Positions 10,890 through 22,948 of a stretch of DNA of 49,385 nucleotides are shown here, one piece after another. Each line of letters begins with the position of its first letter. Position 1 is the stretch's first letter. The stretch is taken from positions 1 through 49,385 of the forward strand of contig KZ538758.1 in NCBI GenBank assembly GCA_000934665.2, written 5' to 3'. This stretch comes from Catajapyx aquilonaris (Eukaryota). A program made the position numbers and the translations under genes. The notes below the pieces were generated by a model. It was given only the letters and a program-made list of their open reading frames with translations, had not been told where the DNA came from and did no database searches.

Positions 10890-13800
10890 TATTATGTTTG
10901 CAGATGAGACATTTCGACCTGATTGAGCGTCGGAACTCATACTTTACATTGTACTATGAATCATGCTGATCTCCAGCACGGCAGCACCCGATAATTTTAA
11001 TACTGCACACCAATAACATTATTCTATCGTGTTATCCCTAGTAAAACATGCAAGTACTGTACAGTACATCATGCACACATCAAGCAGTTTCATTAACAGC
11101 TGCGTGATCTGCAGAGAGGTGAGACGACTCTTTACTGATATTGGGCGACATTTCAATCCCTTTACAAGAGAAGGACATAAAGCGACGCGACGTAAGAGCA
11201 CATTTCACATTTGTTACTGTGGCATCCGCTAGTAGATGAACAGTAGAAATATAAAGCATTCAATGTGCACGTCACTGTCCGGATTTGACCACATGAATAT
11301 TTCATGACAATGTAGTTTATACTGTCTGCTGTTCTCACTTCCTAACAATACATTCATCTTACCGTAACGGAAAAGGTCAATAGCCATACCACATGGCAGT
11401 GTGACCACCATTTCCAATATAACTCTTGGTAAATATTGTGACAAGTTTAGAATGTTACTACACATAATGAATTAATGGCATTCTGAAATTTACATTTGGT
11501 GTTTGTGCACACACTTCATCAGAACTGCCTTGTATTCAAGTAGTGTTTGTTTTGTTCTTGTCACTTGCCCATCAGCATACGTGCGGTATGTGGTTTCGTG
11601 TATAGGCAACAAAAGCACAGCACATTCGAACAATGACAGCGTCCGCTGCTGTGTCATTCCTGTCTAGTGGCCATGTAGACGTTGGTTGATGCGGCTTCTT
11701 TTTGTTCTGTACACGGTACTGCCGAACAGAGCAAAGGATATGTATAGGAACCCAGTAACTTTACTAATAACTTATCAAAAGATGTGACATATTCACCTGG
11801 ACCATACGTCGTATATTTTTTGTAGTATGCATTTTCAGCATGCATGCTCTTAATTTTAGCAGTTCAAGTAAGGTTTGCCACGCCTGTCTGCACACAACTC
11901 CATACTTGACCCAGCAAATACACTCACGAACTGTAGACTACCGCACCAATGTTTTTGACAGAGTTAGACCCTGTATTGCACCTCTGAAGCTATGCCATGG
12001 CCGAAGCTTTATCGATGTTATTGTAAGTTTTAGTTCTGCCACCAATTAACAATCAGCATAAACCCTCGGTCCACGGTCGACCTCCAGCGGTGAAACCGAG
12101 CCTAAATTCATCGGCATGACATTGTACCAGAGGAGTTGGCCACTCGCGTAATCTCAATTGTACACTTCCAAATTGAGTGGCCAACCCCTCCATTGTGCCA
12201 TATGTACTAAGAGAAACACTTGACAAATGCAACCACCAGTTTCTCGATATCGCGAGATGCATTGCAGATTACCACACCCTCTATTTCAGTCGCCTTTACA
12301 GTACATCACTTTTACCAGTCTAAAAATCCATCAACAAAAAATGAAGACATGTAGAGTGTGGTTCATTAGTCATCCTGTCCAGCTGAGTATCCCTCTCGTC
12401 ACTTGAGTCCCTGTCAGTCTCCGCACTCATCATCCCAGTTGGTTCAATAGTAGCGAATCGGTTGACGAACGAGCTCGTAAACAAGTCGACTCCGCACATG
12501 AATACGATACATCCTCGGGGTCTGCCTCGTGACCACTCATCAAGCACAAAAATCAACGGCCAGTGCACAACGAAGAGCTCCGGATTCGAGTCACGCACTC
12601 AGGGGGGTCCTGAACATCACACTTGAAAAACACGTGCGGAGACGGACCGACTTTTTTTCCCCAGAAGACTTATCCTGGCACGTAGGCATTCAGCTACGAT
12701 GGTGGGCTACGTCACAGGATATCACCATGTGTTCACACAGGTTGCTTACAGAACATAACTCCTAGCTGTTAAGTTTCTTGCACACTAATTCATTCACATA
12801 ATTTATGTCCTGATGATATTCTTCGAAGCTTTGTACATTGAAGTATTATCGCTTCAGCTAAAGGAATCTTCTGACATCCCAGAGGATGCATCAATGACTT
12901 TTTTAAATGTCAACAATGAAACTTATAATTATTAATGGCTCGTAATGTCAGTACCCTTCTCCGGTTCAAGCAATAATGGAAGGGTACGGTTTTACATCAA
13001 TGATTTGATGTTTTTATTACAAGGAGGAGGTTGTGCCAGAATTTGGTGGAGGAGAAAAGTTGGGGGACACCTGAAGAGAGACGAACTTACGGGTGCGAGC
13101 TCAATTTTGAAACATGAAGTATTATTCAGATCTGCCAAAAAGGTTTCTGCCAACATATTCTCGCTCTCTGCAACATCTTTCAGTGTGAGAGTTATAAAAA
13201 ATAGCACTAGTGATGATCGCTGGAGCATAGCGCCAGGATGCATTTGGTGAAATTTTTTGACATAATTATAACGTAGCACATGACAAAGAAATCGGAGGTA
13301 CTCTTCCAGCATCAGGAAAACCTTCCACCTGATTTCGTCCTATTAGAGTTTTAAAATTTTAAATAATGTTGTCGTCATTTGCACCTATGCGGACTAAAAT
13401 CTGCAATTTTGTAGACCTATTAGTTAATCACAAAAAAACACACCGAGTGGTACGGACTTTTCCACTGACAGCCACAAACATTTAGACATTTTTCGGTAAC
13501 CCCAGCGAAAATATGGTCTATAGCGGACCCTGGATATACCGGATACTACTTGTCCACTCCGGTAAAAGTTTGTAATCCAGGCAAAAAGACAGGGTTTACC
13601 ATCTGTTTTTGTCGGATACAGCGGAATCAATCTTACACGGAAACGGACAAAAAATTTCATGTTATTTTTAGGAATAATTCAGAATTGGTAGGCTAGCATG
13701 AAGTACTGTAGGTCAGGACGAGCTGCTATAATTTAGCTTCTTTACATTCGAGTGACACTTTGCTTATGGGATTCAGGAAATGGGCAGCAGGCTGGTATAT

Positions 13801-16800
13801 TTTGCCACTCCCCTCAAGTGGACCGCGATTAAGAAATGTTTCAGAAACAATGAAATATAGCCCGAACCAATATCCGATAACATGAAACATCATATATCCT
13901 CTATTCATTCCTATAGAGATGACTGCTAACAATAATTATTACAAAATATATCCACAAAGCCTGAACGACCCCCTTGTGAGTAATTTTAGTAGACACTGGA
14001 CACCATTACTGTCGTTTACACGTACCATGCAGAAAGCAAGTATACAGAGAAACAAAACCAGAAGCAACTGCCTTATGTAACATTATATACCGCCCCTCGT
14101 TTAACATTCTGAAGCCAGTTCTGTGGCTTATGGCCAACTTTTTGTTGAACGACAAAAACAAGTGCTCGCAATAAAAAAACAACCTCTGCCGACAACAACA
14201 AAAACCAATGAATGGAGTGGACCAAAATGCGACGCTCGTTTATCCCGGAAGGCAGATTCCTTTTAACACGTAATCAGCGGACACACGTCCAAGCTGCCAA
14301 CGTGCGTGCGACTCACCCGCACGTGCCCGCGTATCCGATATGAGCACGTGCCCAAGATTACATCACATACTCAAATATATTAGGAAGCCTNGAGCCTCAA
14401 TCTCCCCCCCCCCCCCTACCCTTGCCCCAGTCTACATATCTCCTCCGATTATGGTAAAGGCATCTTGAACAAGAGGTTCGCCGGGCAGGAGGTGGAGGGA
14501 AGTACGGGAGAAAAAGGCACGTTGCCAGGTTCATTGCACCGTGACAAACCTAAGTAGGCTAGTGACCGAGAAGTGGGTCCACAGAGATGGAGGAAGGACA
14601 AGCTCGGTCTGACCAGGCGACCAACACAGTCGACGTAGGAGGCTTCTACATATGCAAGACTTTCACGTATCGGTTTGCCTATAGCCAAGTTTTGCTACAG
14701 TCAAGGTAACTGGCCGGTTGATGCGACTTTCTCGGTGGATTATTATTTATTTACTAGCAGTATATTCGCGCTTTGAATGGATCTACATCTGCCGTGACAT
14801 TCTTGACAACAGTTTTATTGAGGAAGTTGTGTGCCGTAATGATTTTATGGATGGGGTGTATTTTTTATATACTATTTTTATAAATGGGACGGGCCATTTG
14901 GAGCCATATCCGGTCTGCCCTATACCTCTACCTGTGGCATACTTAGGCAGTTGGCGGTTTTGGGTTTAAAGTGGCCCACAATTTGACCTGTAGGATCAAA
15001 TATTTTGGCGACTTTCTAAGAAGGGTCACTACTTCTTTTCTAGGTCTAGTCTGGAAAAGGGTCAGAATTTCCTAACATATAGCATGTAGGAGAAATCCAT
15101 TCCAATTTTGGAGGTTTTGAGTTAGTTGCATCATGCACAATGTCGCATTTTTCTGCTCTATCGCCTGGTGAAGTCCATTTAGTCCTGAAGCATGAACCAG
15201 GAAGCCAGGATAATTTGCATTCACTATCATGTAAGCAAGTGCAAGGTCAAATTGGTTTATCTCGCAACCAGTTTTTCGTGGATTTCTCTTGTATGCCGAA
15301 GATGTAAACTTTATGCTTTACACACTTACATATATTTATTACTTGTTTGTTATTTATTTGCCCCGTGCTGAGGTAATAAAACCTGTTTGGGGGGGGGGGG
15401 GGGNNGGGACACATTCTACACTTTAACATTCATTAGACATTGTGTCAGGAAAGGGAAATAGTGTCGGCAGGGTCACTACCAGCCATAAATGCAATTTACT
15501 AACTTAAATTCACGAATTTAGCTACATTCACAAAAAAAGGGACAGGTTTGAAGATCTTTTTTCTCGAGTAACTTATGTTATCAAATAATTTAACAAATTG
15601 GTTGGTTGGAACTTGGAAGCTGAATGATGTCATGTAAATTATTTTGTCGTGAAATACAAAGTTAATTCATATAACATGCCACAGATTTAAATTGTGCCGC
15701 CATTTACACCCGGGTTGCATGCCTCTGCATCATAAATTTTAATATTTATCACAATCTTGATTCTCAGAAAGGTTCAATTATTTCTTAAGTTGATGATCAT
15801 TCTTGTGTGAGACAAAGGTAACTTAGATCGTAAGAAAAATAATTATATTCCTGAGATGTATTAAATTTTATACTTTTATCATCTTCGTACCTATATAGAA
15901 ACACTTTCTAATTTGTGCAGGAGTTCGTCACATCACTTTTCTTCTGCTTCCTTTAAATAGGTTGGCTCTCAAAAAATAACTTTTCAGGCATTCATCCAGT
16001 TGTGTGATTCAGCTGGCTTGCTATTTGATATTGATACACTGGATATGCATAGGCTAAAATATTATTTTGAGATTTGGTCTTCAACTTCATTTTAAATTCT
16101 GCAGTAGTTTCAAGCAGACCAAGAGATAGAGGGGTAAGACCCGTTTCAATATGTACAAATAAGATACTTCATAAATACTAGATCTCGTTATTAACTTTAT
16201 TGGGGAACGTTTGGGGACTGGGGGTGCTTAAAAGCCCAGAATCAAGGAAGGGCTCATCTCTTCAAGAGCGGGCCAAAACGCCTGAAATAATAATTCATGT
16301 ACGAGAGAGCGGTCCAGGGAACTTCCCCTGGGGAAAATAGGGCATTAACCATGTAAACACAAATTCAGGTGCAATTTTCAGGGTTTGCGCAAGGCCCCCC
16401 TCTGGCCTCCCGGAATGAATGGGAGCGAAATCTTGACAATTTGCAACGTGCACTGGTACACACGAAAATATCCACCTGCGCAGGTCGTTACCACGGCAAA
16501 CACGGACATCACTGCTCCCATTCCTCCTCCAGCCCCCCTGCCCCAAACCTGTCCAGATGCCTTTGGTTGAAGAAGAATGACTTGGTCACCTTCCAAGCGT
16601 TCCGACCACGCCAGGAGATGTTATTAAGAGCATGCCAATATGGCTCTCGGGAGGCGATATGTTGACTGGAAGGTTGTCAAGAATATTAGGGTGGGTTTTG
16701 GCTTTTCTTCAAAGATGACAGCTTTATGAGACAGTGTATGAGTGAGATACAAAAAATATTACGGAAACGTTTATAGGATGTGGCAACTTATTTGGTGCCC

Positions 16801-17368
16801 TAGTTTCGGTAGTGTCGGCGTATTTATAGCCGGGGTGCCAGGATAAGTTACATAATGAGTTACAAATTGTATGTGTCAATTGAAGATGATGCTAGAATGT
16901 GCTTAATAATTAAATGTATAAATTGAGCAGCTGATTTATTACGACAGCAGCAAATTTCAAGCAGTACCACAGGTTGTTTTTTTTTGCGATGGATACATTC
17001 TCACTCCATTAGTTTTTGTTCCTTACCTCGCGTGTTTCAAGTTGTTAAGGAGTACGGTAGACACGATTTAATGCTTACGCGTACATCGCAATTCAGTTTC
17101 AGTTTCTGAAAAATTGCGCAAAGGACTGGAAGGTGAACCGCCTGTCATCGACAATAAAAATGGCTTACCACTATACCATATCATTTTGATGTCATGTTAA
17201 AGGTCCTGCTACAGCGTCATATGTTAAGACACCTCTTGATGCAGGTCTGCTTGCACGCAATAGCTACAACCAGTCCTCATAAACTGCCTAATCATCCTAT
17301 AGCCACTGCTTGATGCTGTAGCCTATATTGCAACCAGCATAACGTTTTCAATACAGGAGATGCTTAAG

Positions 17369-17746
17369 ACGTAATATAATTGTAATATAATTCTAATTCT
17401 AATTATAATAATGCTGGGGTAATGTGCTTTCGCCCCCACCTGGGGGCATATCGCACGGACCTTTATTTGATGAAGGTACATTTCGGCGCCTATTGATTGA
17501 AACGCCAGGGCCCACGGGCAGGATGACAGGAGGGGATGTGCAAGATGCAGTGCAATGCCCTTGTGTGGCCATTTTTAGTGAACTCCCCCGGGTGGTTTGT
17601 CTTAACGGAAATACCACCCGAGACGAAGCCAGAGGTGACCCTGAACTCTGCACGAGATGAAGGGAGTGTCCCCGGGTTGGGATCGAACCCGGGACCTTAA
17701 CATCCGTAGGCGCGTACGTTACCGCAGCCCCACTTCGCTTCCCTCA
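17369..17746 (-). mobile_element. Full-length tRNA-derived SINE (about 378 bp)
   Basis: tRNA-like head with B box GGGTTCGATCCC, a central core, a 3' stem-loop and an ATT-rich tail. Flanked by a perfect 14-bp TSD AGGAGATGCTTAAG (17355-17368, 17747-17760). Confidence 0.85.
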
Positions 17747-19015
17747 AGGAGATGCTTAAGTATGGGTACAGGTACACTTGTTGCTAAAAATGACAATCAC
17801 CGAAGTTCATTATCCAAAGAAAGAACTTTGTTTACAGGCTTAAAGCCCGAACACACAACTATCAGCAGTATAGGCATGTATTTTATCGGTTTTTAATATT
17901 AGTCTAAAATGTTTAATCTTCAGTAGCATCATTTCCACTCTGGAGCTCTAGCTTTTAGCTTTCACATTTTGTGTTAAACCGTACTGCCTGGTTTAAAACC
18001 CCGCTTAAACTCCGCTTGAAATCGGTCCGATTTAAAATCGACGGATTTTGGTCTGTATTCCGACCCGGTATAAACGCATCGATTCTGTGAAAGGCTGACA
18101 TCTAGGCTGATTTGTAGTCCTGCTAGCACGAGCCCGATTTTTTTTTATTCTGCTCGATACCAGTACCACCCGAGTATAAATTGGCAGAGTTTGCCACATA
18201 AACGCTCAAAGACGCGAGATAGCTCCAAGAGAGCTCGACGAGTTGCTGTCACGTAAGTGCTCTCTCTCTACATGCCATATTACCAGTCGTACCAGCACTG
18301 AGGTTAATGATAATATTAACTTCCATAATAGTTCATATTCAACTGACGTAATTACTGTTCCTCCCCTGGAGTGGGGCCATTCTCGCCAGAAATCCTGCTC
18401 TGGTGAAACGCGTGGCCTGAGCTTTTGCAGTTGGGGCCGAAATTAAATCTATGCCTTCAGTGAAAATGTACGGCAAGAACATGTAGACCTACAAGCTAGC
18501 ATATTTGAAGCTGTATAGAATAATGCCTCCGGATAAATAACACTATCATGCTAAGAAGTTTCATGTATTACAAAGAACATATTTTCCGCTCCTAAAATTG
18601 TAGGCAGGCATCGGAAAATGCGATTGTGTAACAGTGTTATATCGCAATTATCCTCTGTGCAGGCTTTACATCACTGTAGACTGAATGCCTCACCATATGT
18701 TCTACAGTGGGACGCTCACTCACCAGTAAAACAACAGTTGCAATGGGGCATATTTAAATGGGATTAAATTAGTACTTGTGTAAGCCCATAGCAATGATTC
18801 ACTGTACAGGAGTACACATCACTGTACAAAGCATTTAGCATGTGTCCAAATCGGGCAACCATGACGTGCAGTGCATAAGAAATATTGCCACCGCAGAACT
18901 TCCCCATGAATTATGACTCAAACCCATGCACAATAGATCCAAGCTCCCGGAACACATCACCCTCCGCCCATCCCTCGCCTCGATACCACCCTGAACAAGT
19001 GCCAAAGACCCCCTG

Positions 19016-19086
19016 TGCCTCTGCTGGGAATTGAACCCAGGTTCCACTCCGTAACAGAGCGTGTTCTGCCACTAAACTACAGAGGC
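19016..19086 (-). pseudogene. tRNA-like cloverleaf (SINE head or tRNA pseudogene), anticodon loop TGTTACG
   Basis: All four stems pair (GCCTCTG/CAGAGGC, GTTT/GAAC, CGCTC/GAGTG, CTGGG/CCCAG) and A/B boxes are present. It lacks U33, purine 37 and an oligo-T terminator. Confidence 0.6.
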
Positions 19087-20355
19087 TTTGCTGGGTCGGA
19101 CAAGCTGGGATGGTGCCACGGTCACACCTCTTCCCTCACATGGAACTAAACAGGAAGAACGAGGCCAAAGATGGACCACGTGTGTCGCACCCGATGCACT
19201 GACGCAATTAATTAGCACAAAAGTTTGTGTTCCGCACGAAGTGATCAAAATAATGGCCGACCGACAAACACTCGTCCCCATCCTTCAGGCATGAAACATG
19301 GGTGATGAGGCGTAGTCAAGTCCCCCTTTTACACAGCATGGCTTCCGTAAAACCCTCTTCCTCCCCACATCCCTCTACCCCCAACTCGTTCTTCAGAACT
19401 AATCCTGGGGCTTGTAATTAACGCCAGAGGGGCGAGGCTACACTTCACTCAGCGTCAAATTCATTTCACGGTTCGGCTTCAAATTTCCAAATAAATGCTA
19501 CAAGGAAAACTGCAAACATGGGAGGACGTTTAGGCTCACACTGGGGTCGAAACAGTGCATATATGACCTGTTTTCAGAAAAGTAGCAGCCTATTATTTGT
19601 GTCCAGTTGCAACACTATCGGTTGTTATAACATAACGGTAACGTACCGGCACCTCTCATCTGGGCGTCAACATTTAATACATGAGTTGTAAATAGCGTTT
19701 GAATGATGCCATACATAATATAAACAACGTATGGCTGTTAACTCTAAAGCTACTTACAAAGGGTTAAAAAACCTTTGATATCCGGATGAATGATTCCATA
19801 TGTGGAATTACAGTATGCGTTTCACGAGCTATATGCCTACATGTAACATGTGGGGCTCAGTACCTACATATCGTGTTGTTAGCTGTAGTCAGGAAAAGTT
19901 TCCGCCACTAAATGTATCATGGTGCTATACAGCACAGTCTGGAAAGGTGAAGTTTCATTCTTTCTTCTGAAGTGCTGATGGTTGTATAGCGCCAGGATAA
20001 TACGTACCAAACATTTTAAAACACACAGAATATTATACTGTTTTATGACACTTCATTAATATCAACATTATTTCGAAAATCATACATCGTTGCACATATT
20101 TTTCACGTAACTTATAAAGCTATGGTCATTCTATACAACTCTTGTGTACACAATAGTTCGCAGTGCAGCCCAATTCTTAGTTAATATTAATTTTGCTTTT
20201 GCTATTGGACTAAACTTGGAATCACCTGGGGCTAGCCTGCTTCATATTTTAGGCTGATTCCACAACACTAGTTACTCTCCATCAACCAGTAGGAAAACGT
20301 AAACTAATACAAAATTCCACATGGCTATATAGATTCCACAAAGTTTCAGACTCAC

Positions 20356-20583
20356 CTGGCACACACTCGTACACTGAGCAGCATATTCCAGGCTTTCCAC
20401 CCTGGGCCAGAACCCTGGGGTGAGAACCCGGAGAGCAATGCGGTGGGGGGCATGGGGTGGGCAGGCAACTACAGCCCTGGCTCACCGCACAGCAACCGCC
20501 CGCGGGCAGGACCCCGGGCAAACGGAAGCTGTCCGGAGGGCACGGAGGCTCCTCCTGGCAAATCACGCCACTGCAGTTGTGCT
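20356..20583 (-). CDS. CRIM1: CRIM1-like exon: Cys-rich repeat preceding VWC1 (EHNCSGVICQEEPPCPPDSF...GKPGICCSVYECVP)
   Basis: Acceptor ttgttgtttccag|, donor CCAG|gtgagt, 228 nt, phase 1-1. The Cys pattern CPPDS..GCC..C.C..C..GS.PR..G.PG.CC.V.ECV matches the repeat immediately before VWC1 in vertebrate CRIM1. Confidence 0.9.
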
Positions 20584-20918
20584 CTGGAAACAACAAAATA
20601 ATCAATTATTTCCGCCTCTTCGACTACCGTGTTCAACTGGTGTGATATCACCACCGTAATTTGTAACACTGCAGGTAACAGGCGTAACGTACAAACAGGC
20701 CAGAATATGTTCCTCACTCTGCTGTCTCAAAAGCGACGATTCACAGCGTGTTTCTGTTGTTCGTTTGACATCTGGATACACAGCCACAAGCACTTACAAG
20801 GTATCAAATGTAGTTGGTCACTTAACATTCAAAGAATCCTATACACACTTGAGGAAATCCCCCCGAAGGCAGCCTTCCCTAAGCCCTCGCTAACGTATGT
20901 GCACACCATTCCTGTTTC

Positions 20919-22898
20919 CTAAGGAATAAACATCCCCGTCGTCGCCGCTTGCCTGCGACTAACGGCCCCTCTCACAAATTCAAACACCCAGGCTAAACCC
21001 GCTGTTCCCAAGCCCGCGCACCAAACTAGAAAAACGCCCGCAATCTTCATCATGGTTAAAGGCGAGCGAATAACGTACTCCTCAGCAACGTCCTCTCTGG
21101 ACCGGAACAGTTTCAGCAAGAAGGAGGTGTGGTAATAATCCGACTCGTACTTGTCAGTCAGCTTGGATTCAAACACCCTCTGGACAAGGTCCCGGAAGGC
21201 CACGGCATACACGTCGCCTCGTCCGAAGATAGGGCTGGTGTAGAAGTCGAAGGCCTTGGCCTCAGAGGGCCAGAACAGCAATGAATGTCCTCGGCCATTC
21301 ACTATAGCGCTGGTCTCCTTTTTCAGGTAGAAGCTGACCCCGATGCAAGCCTGATGACCCTTGGGCACCCTCTCTCTGATGCACTCGCCTAGGTCAACGA
21401 CCACGATCTTGTCGAGTATCTCCTGGTACAGGGACATCTGAGCGGATTCGGACATTTTTCTGAATATCAGGTAATCCACCAGAGGCATTCCTAGACTATA
21501 CCCGGATTGGTGCAGTTCACGGAACGATCCAGGGAGAATCTCGACAGCAGGAGATGTGAGAAATGCAGCCAACTTGGTCTTGTACCCACAGACCACAACC
21601 GTGGCAAAGATGGCGTAAAATGCGGCGAAGAGGCGCACCGCAGACAACGGAGGCACGGATATGGGCTGTTCCATTAGCTCCCTTACGACGTACCGAAACG
21701 AGATATAAAACGGCATCGATGGTTCATCCGAGACTCGCCGTTCCGCCTCCGACACGGAATATATGGCCAGGGCGGAGAATATTAAGCTGAGCAGCAGCAC
21801 GAACCACATTATGCCTGTGTAAGGCTGGAATATAACTTCCCATTTGGCCAGAGTGCTTGGTTCTTTCGTCACGAAGCTGAAATGGACGAAAAAGTAGGGC
21901 TGAGTCTTGAACACGTACTGGGAGGAGACCTGGTCCAGAAAGGACACGGTGCAAAATCCGGCTTGGCTTCTCAATATTTCCCCGACCATTCCCATCCACG
22001 TTCCGTTTGGCTGTCGAAAATCCGCCCCCACATTTACGTAGTCCGGGCGATAAACCTCTAACGTCGCATTTAGGGCTTCCTCAAACAGCAGTAAAATGCT
22101 CTCTTCCGCTGTCAAAAAATGCTGGCCGAGGTGACGCCTCCGTTCTTTGGCCGCCATCAAATCCAAGCCTTTCAGATGAGCCACGCGCATCCGACGTCCG
22201 TTCAGGCGTCCTGAGGTGTCCCAGCACTTCCGGTACGCCTCCTCGACCTCGGTCTCTTGAAAGGTGCCGTTGAAATGCCCTAAAGGCGACAACACATGGT
22301 TGCCACGGTTGCAGAAAAAACAGACTGTGGACACTCTTAATGCGACGTCTTCCATCCATGTTACCATCTTCAGCCGGATTTCGCCAACAGGAGGTCGTAC
22401 AGGAGAGTGCTTCGAGGCTGAAGAGTACAAATGTATCAAAAAGCGGTCATCCAGGTTGCGCATTTTCACCCGATGAGCCGTGTATATCAAAAGCTGCGAC
22501 ACTGATTTGTTGGCCAGGATCACATGAAAGGTGCAAGAGCTTCCGGGCCAAAACGTGGACAGAGCTTCAGGTGGTATGTTACGAAACGTCATCAGCTGAT
22601 CCTCACTAGTTAGTTCCGTGTATTTGGTCCACACCAGGGGGAAGTCGGTCATCATGATGGAGACGGATGGCCTGTACCTGGCAGCCGCCCAGGAGTACAA
22701 ACGCTGCATAGGACGTCTATCCTGAAATTTGTCAGACGCTACCACCAGGGAGCAAGGCGTTTGCTCAGACGCCATCAGCTGTTGCGCCAGGTCAGCAACC
22801 AACGTGTCCTCCAAAGTGTCACCTCTGATTGACACTGCATGGCTCACTCCACTAAAGGCCAGCACCAACCCCATCAAAGTTCCAAACCTTTCGGCCAT
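20919..22898 (-). CDS. Intronless divergent ionotropic receptor (IR, variant iGluR chemoreceptor family), 659 aa, nested in CRIM1 intron 1
   Basis: Single 1980-nt ORF from gacATGG (the ORF track starts at an upstream TTG). It has a signal peptide, S1 (PNGTWMGMVGEI, TQPY), TM1 (WEVIFQPY..WFVLLLSLIF), pore (RELMEQ), TM2 ending GYKTKLAAFLTSP (SYTANLAAFLT equivalent), S2 and a final TM (PLTMMKIAGVFLVW...FEF). Confidence 0.92.
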   Translation of the reverse strand: MAERFGTLMGLVLAFSGVSHAVSIRGDTLEDTLVADLAQQLMASEQTPCSLVVASDKFQDRRPMQRLYSWAAARYRPSVSIMMTDFPLVWTKYTELTSEDQLMTFRNIPPEALSTFWPGSSCTFHVILANKSVSQLLIYTAHRVKMRNLDDRFLIHLYSSASKHSPVRPPVGEIRLKMVTWMEDVALRVSTVCFFCNRGNHVLSPLGHFNGTFQETEVEEAYRKCWDTSGRLNGRRMRVAHLKGLDLMAAKERRRHLGQHFLTAEESILLLFEEALNATLEVYRPDYVNVGADFRQPNGTWMGMVGEILRSQAGFCTVSFLDQVSSQYVFKTQPYFFVHFSFVTKEPSTLAKWEVIFQPYTGIMWFVLLLSLIFSALAIYSVSEAERRVSDEPSMPFYISFRYVVRELMEQPISVPPLSAVRLFAAFYAIFATVVVCGYKTKLAAFLTSPAVEILPGSFRELHQSGYSLGMPLVDYLIFRKMSESAQMSLYQEILDKIVVVDLGECIRERVPKGHQACIGVSFYLKKETSAIVNGRGHSLLFWPSEAKAFDFYTSPIFGRGDVYAVAFRDLVQRVFESKLTDKYESDYYHTSFLLKLFRSREDVAEEYVIRSPLTMMKIAGVFLVWCAGLGTAGLAWVFEFVRGAVSRRQAATTGMFIP

Positions 22899-22911
22899 GT
22901 CTCCCCGCCCC

Positions 22912-22948
22912 AACTGCCATGCCCTTGCCAGATCTTCGACCTTTTATA
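22912..22948 (-). promoter_or_regulatory. TATA box and Inr-like element of the IR gene
   Basis: TATAAAAG at 22948-22941. GCAGTT (Inr-like) has its A at 22915, 33 nt after the first T of the TATA box and 17 nt before the ATG. Confidence 0.6.

Noticed and set aside
11400..12600. Possible decayed piggyBac transposase (YGPGEYVTSFDKLLVKLLG resembles Y.PG..VT.DE.LV.F.G)
   Set aside because: Only one weak motif with many stops and no TIRs found. It would need a translated HMM search.
14449..14700. Possible RTE-LINE C-terminal remnant (GQEVEGSTG, QRWRK-like words)
   Set aside because: Similarity too weak and fragmented to support without a search.
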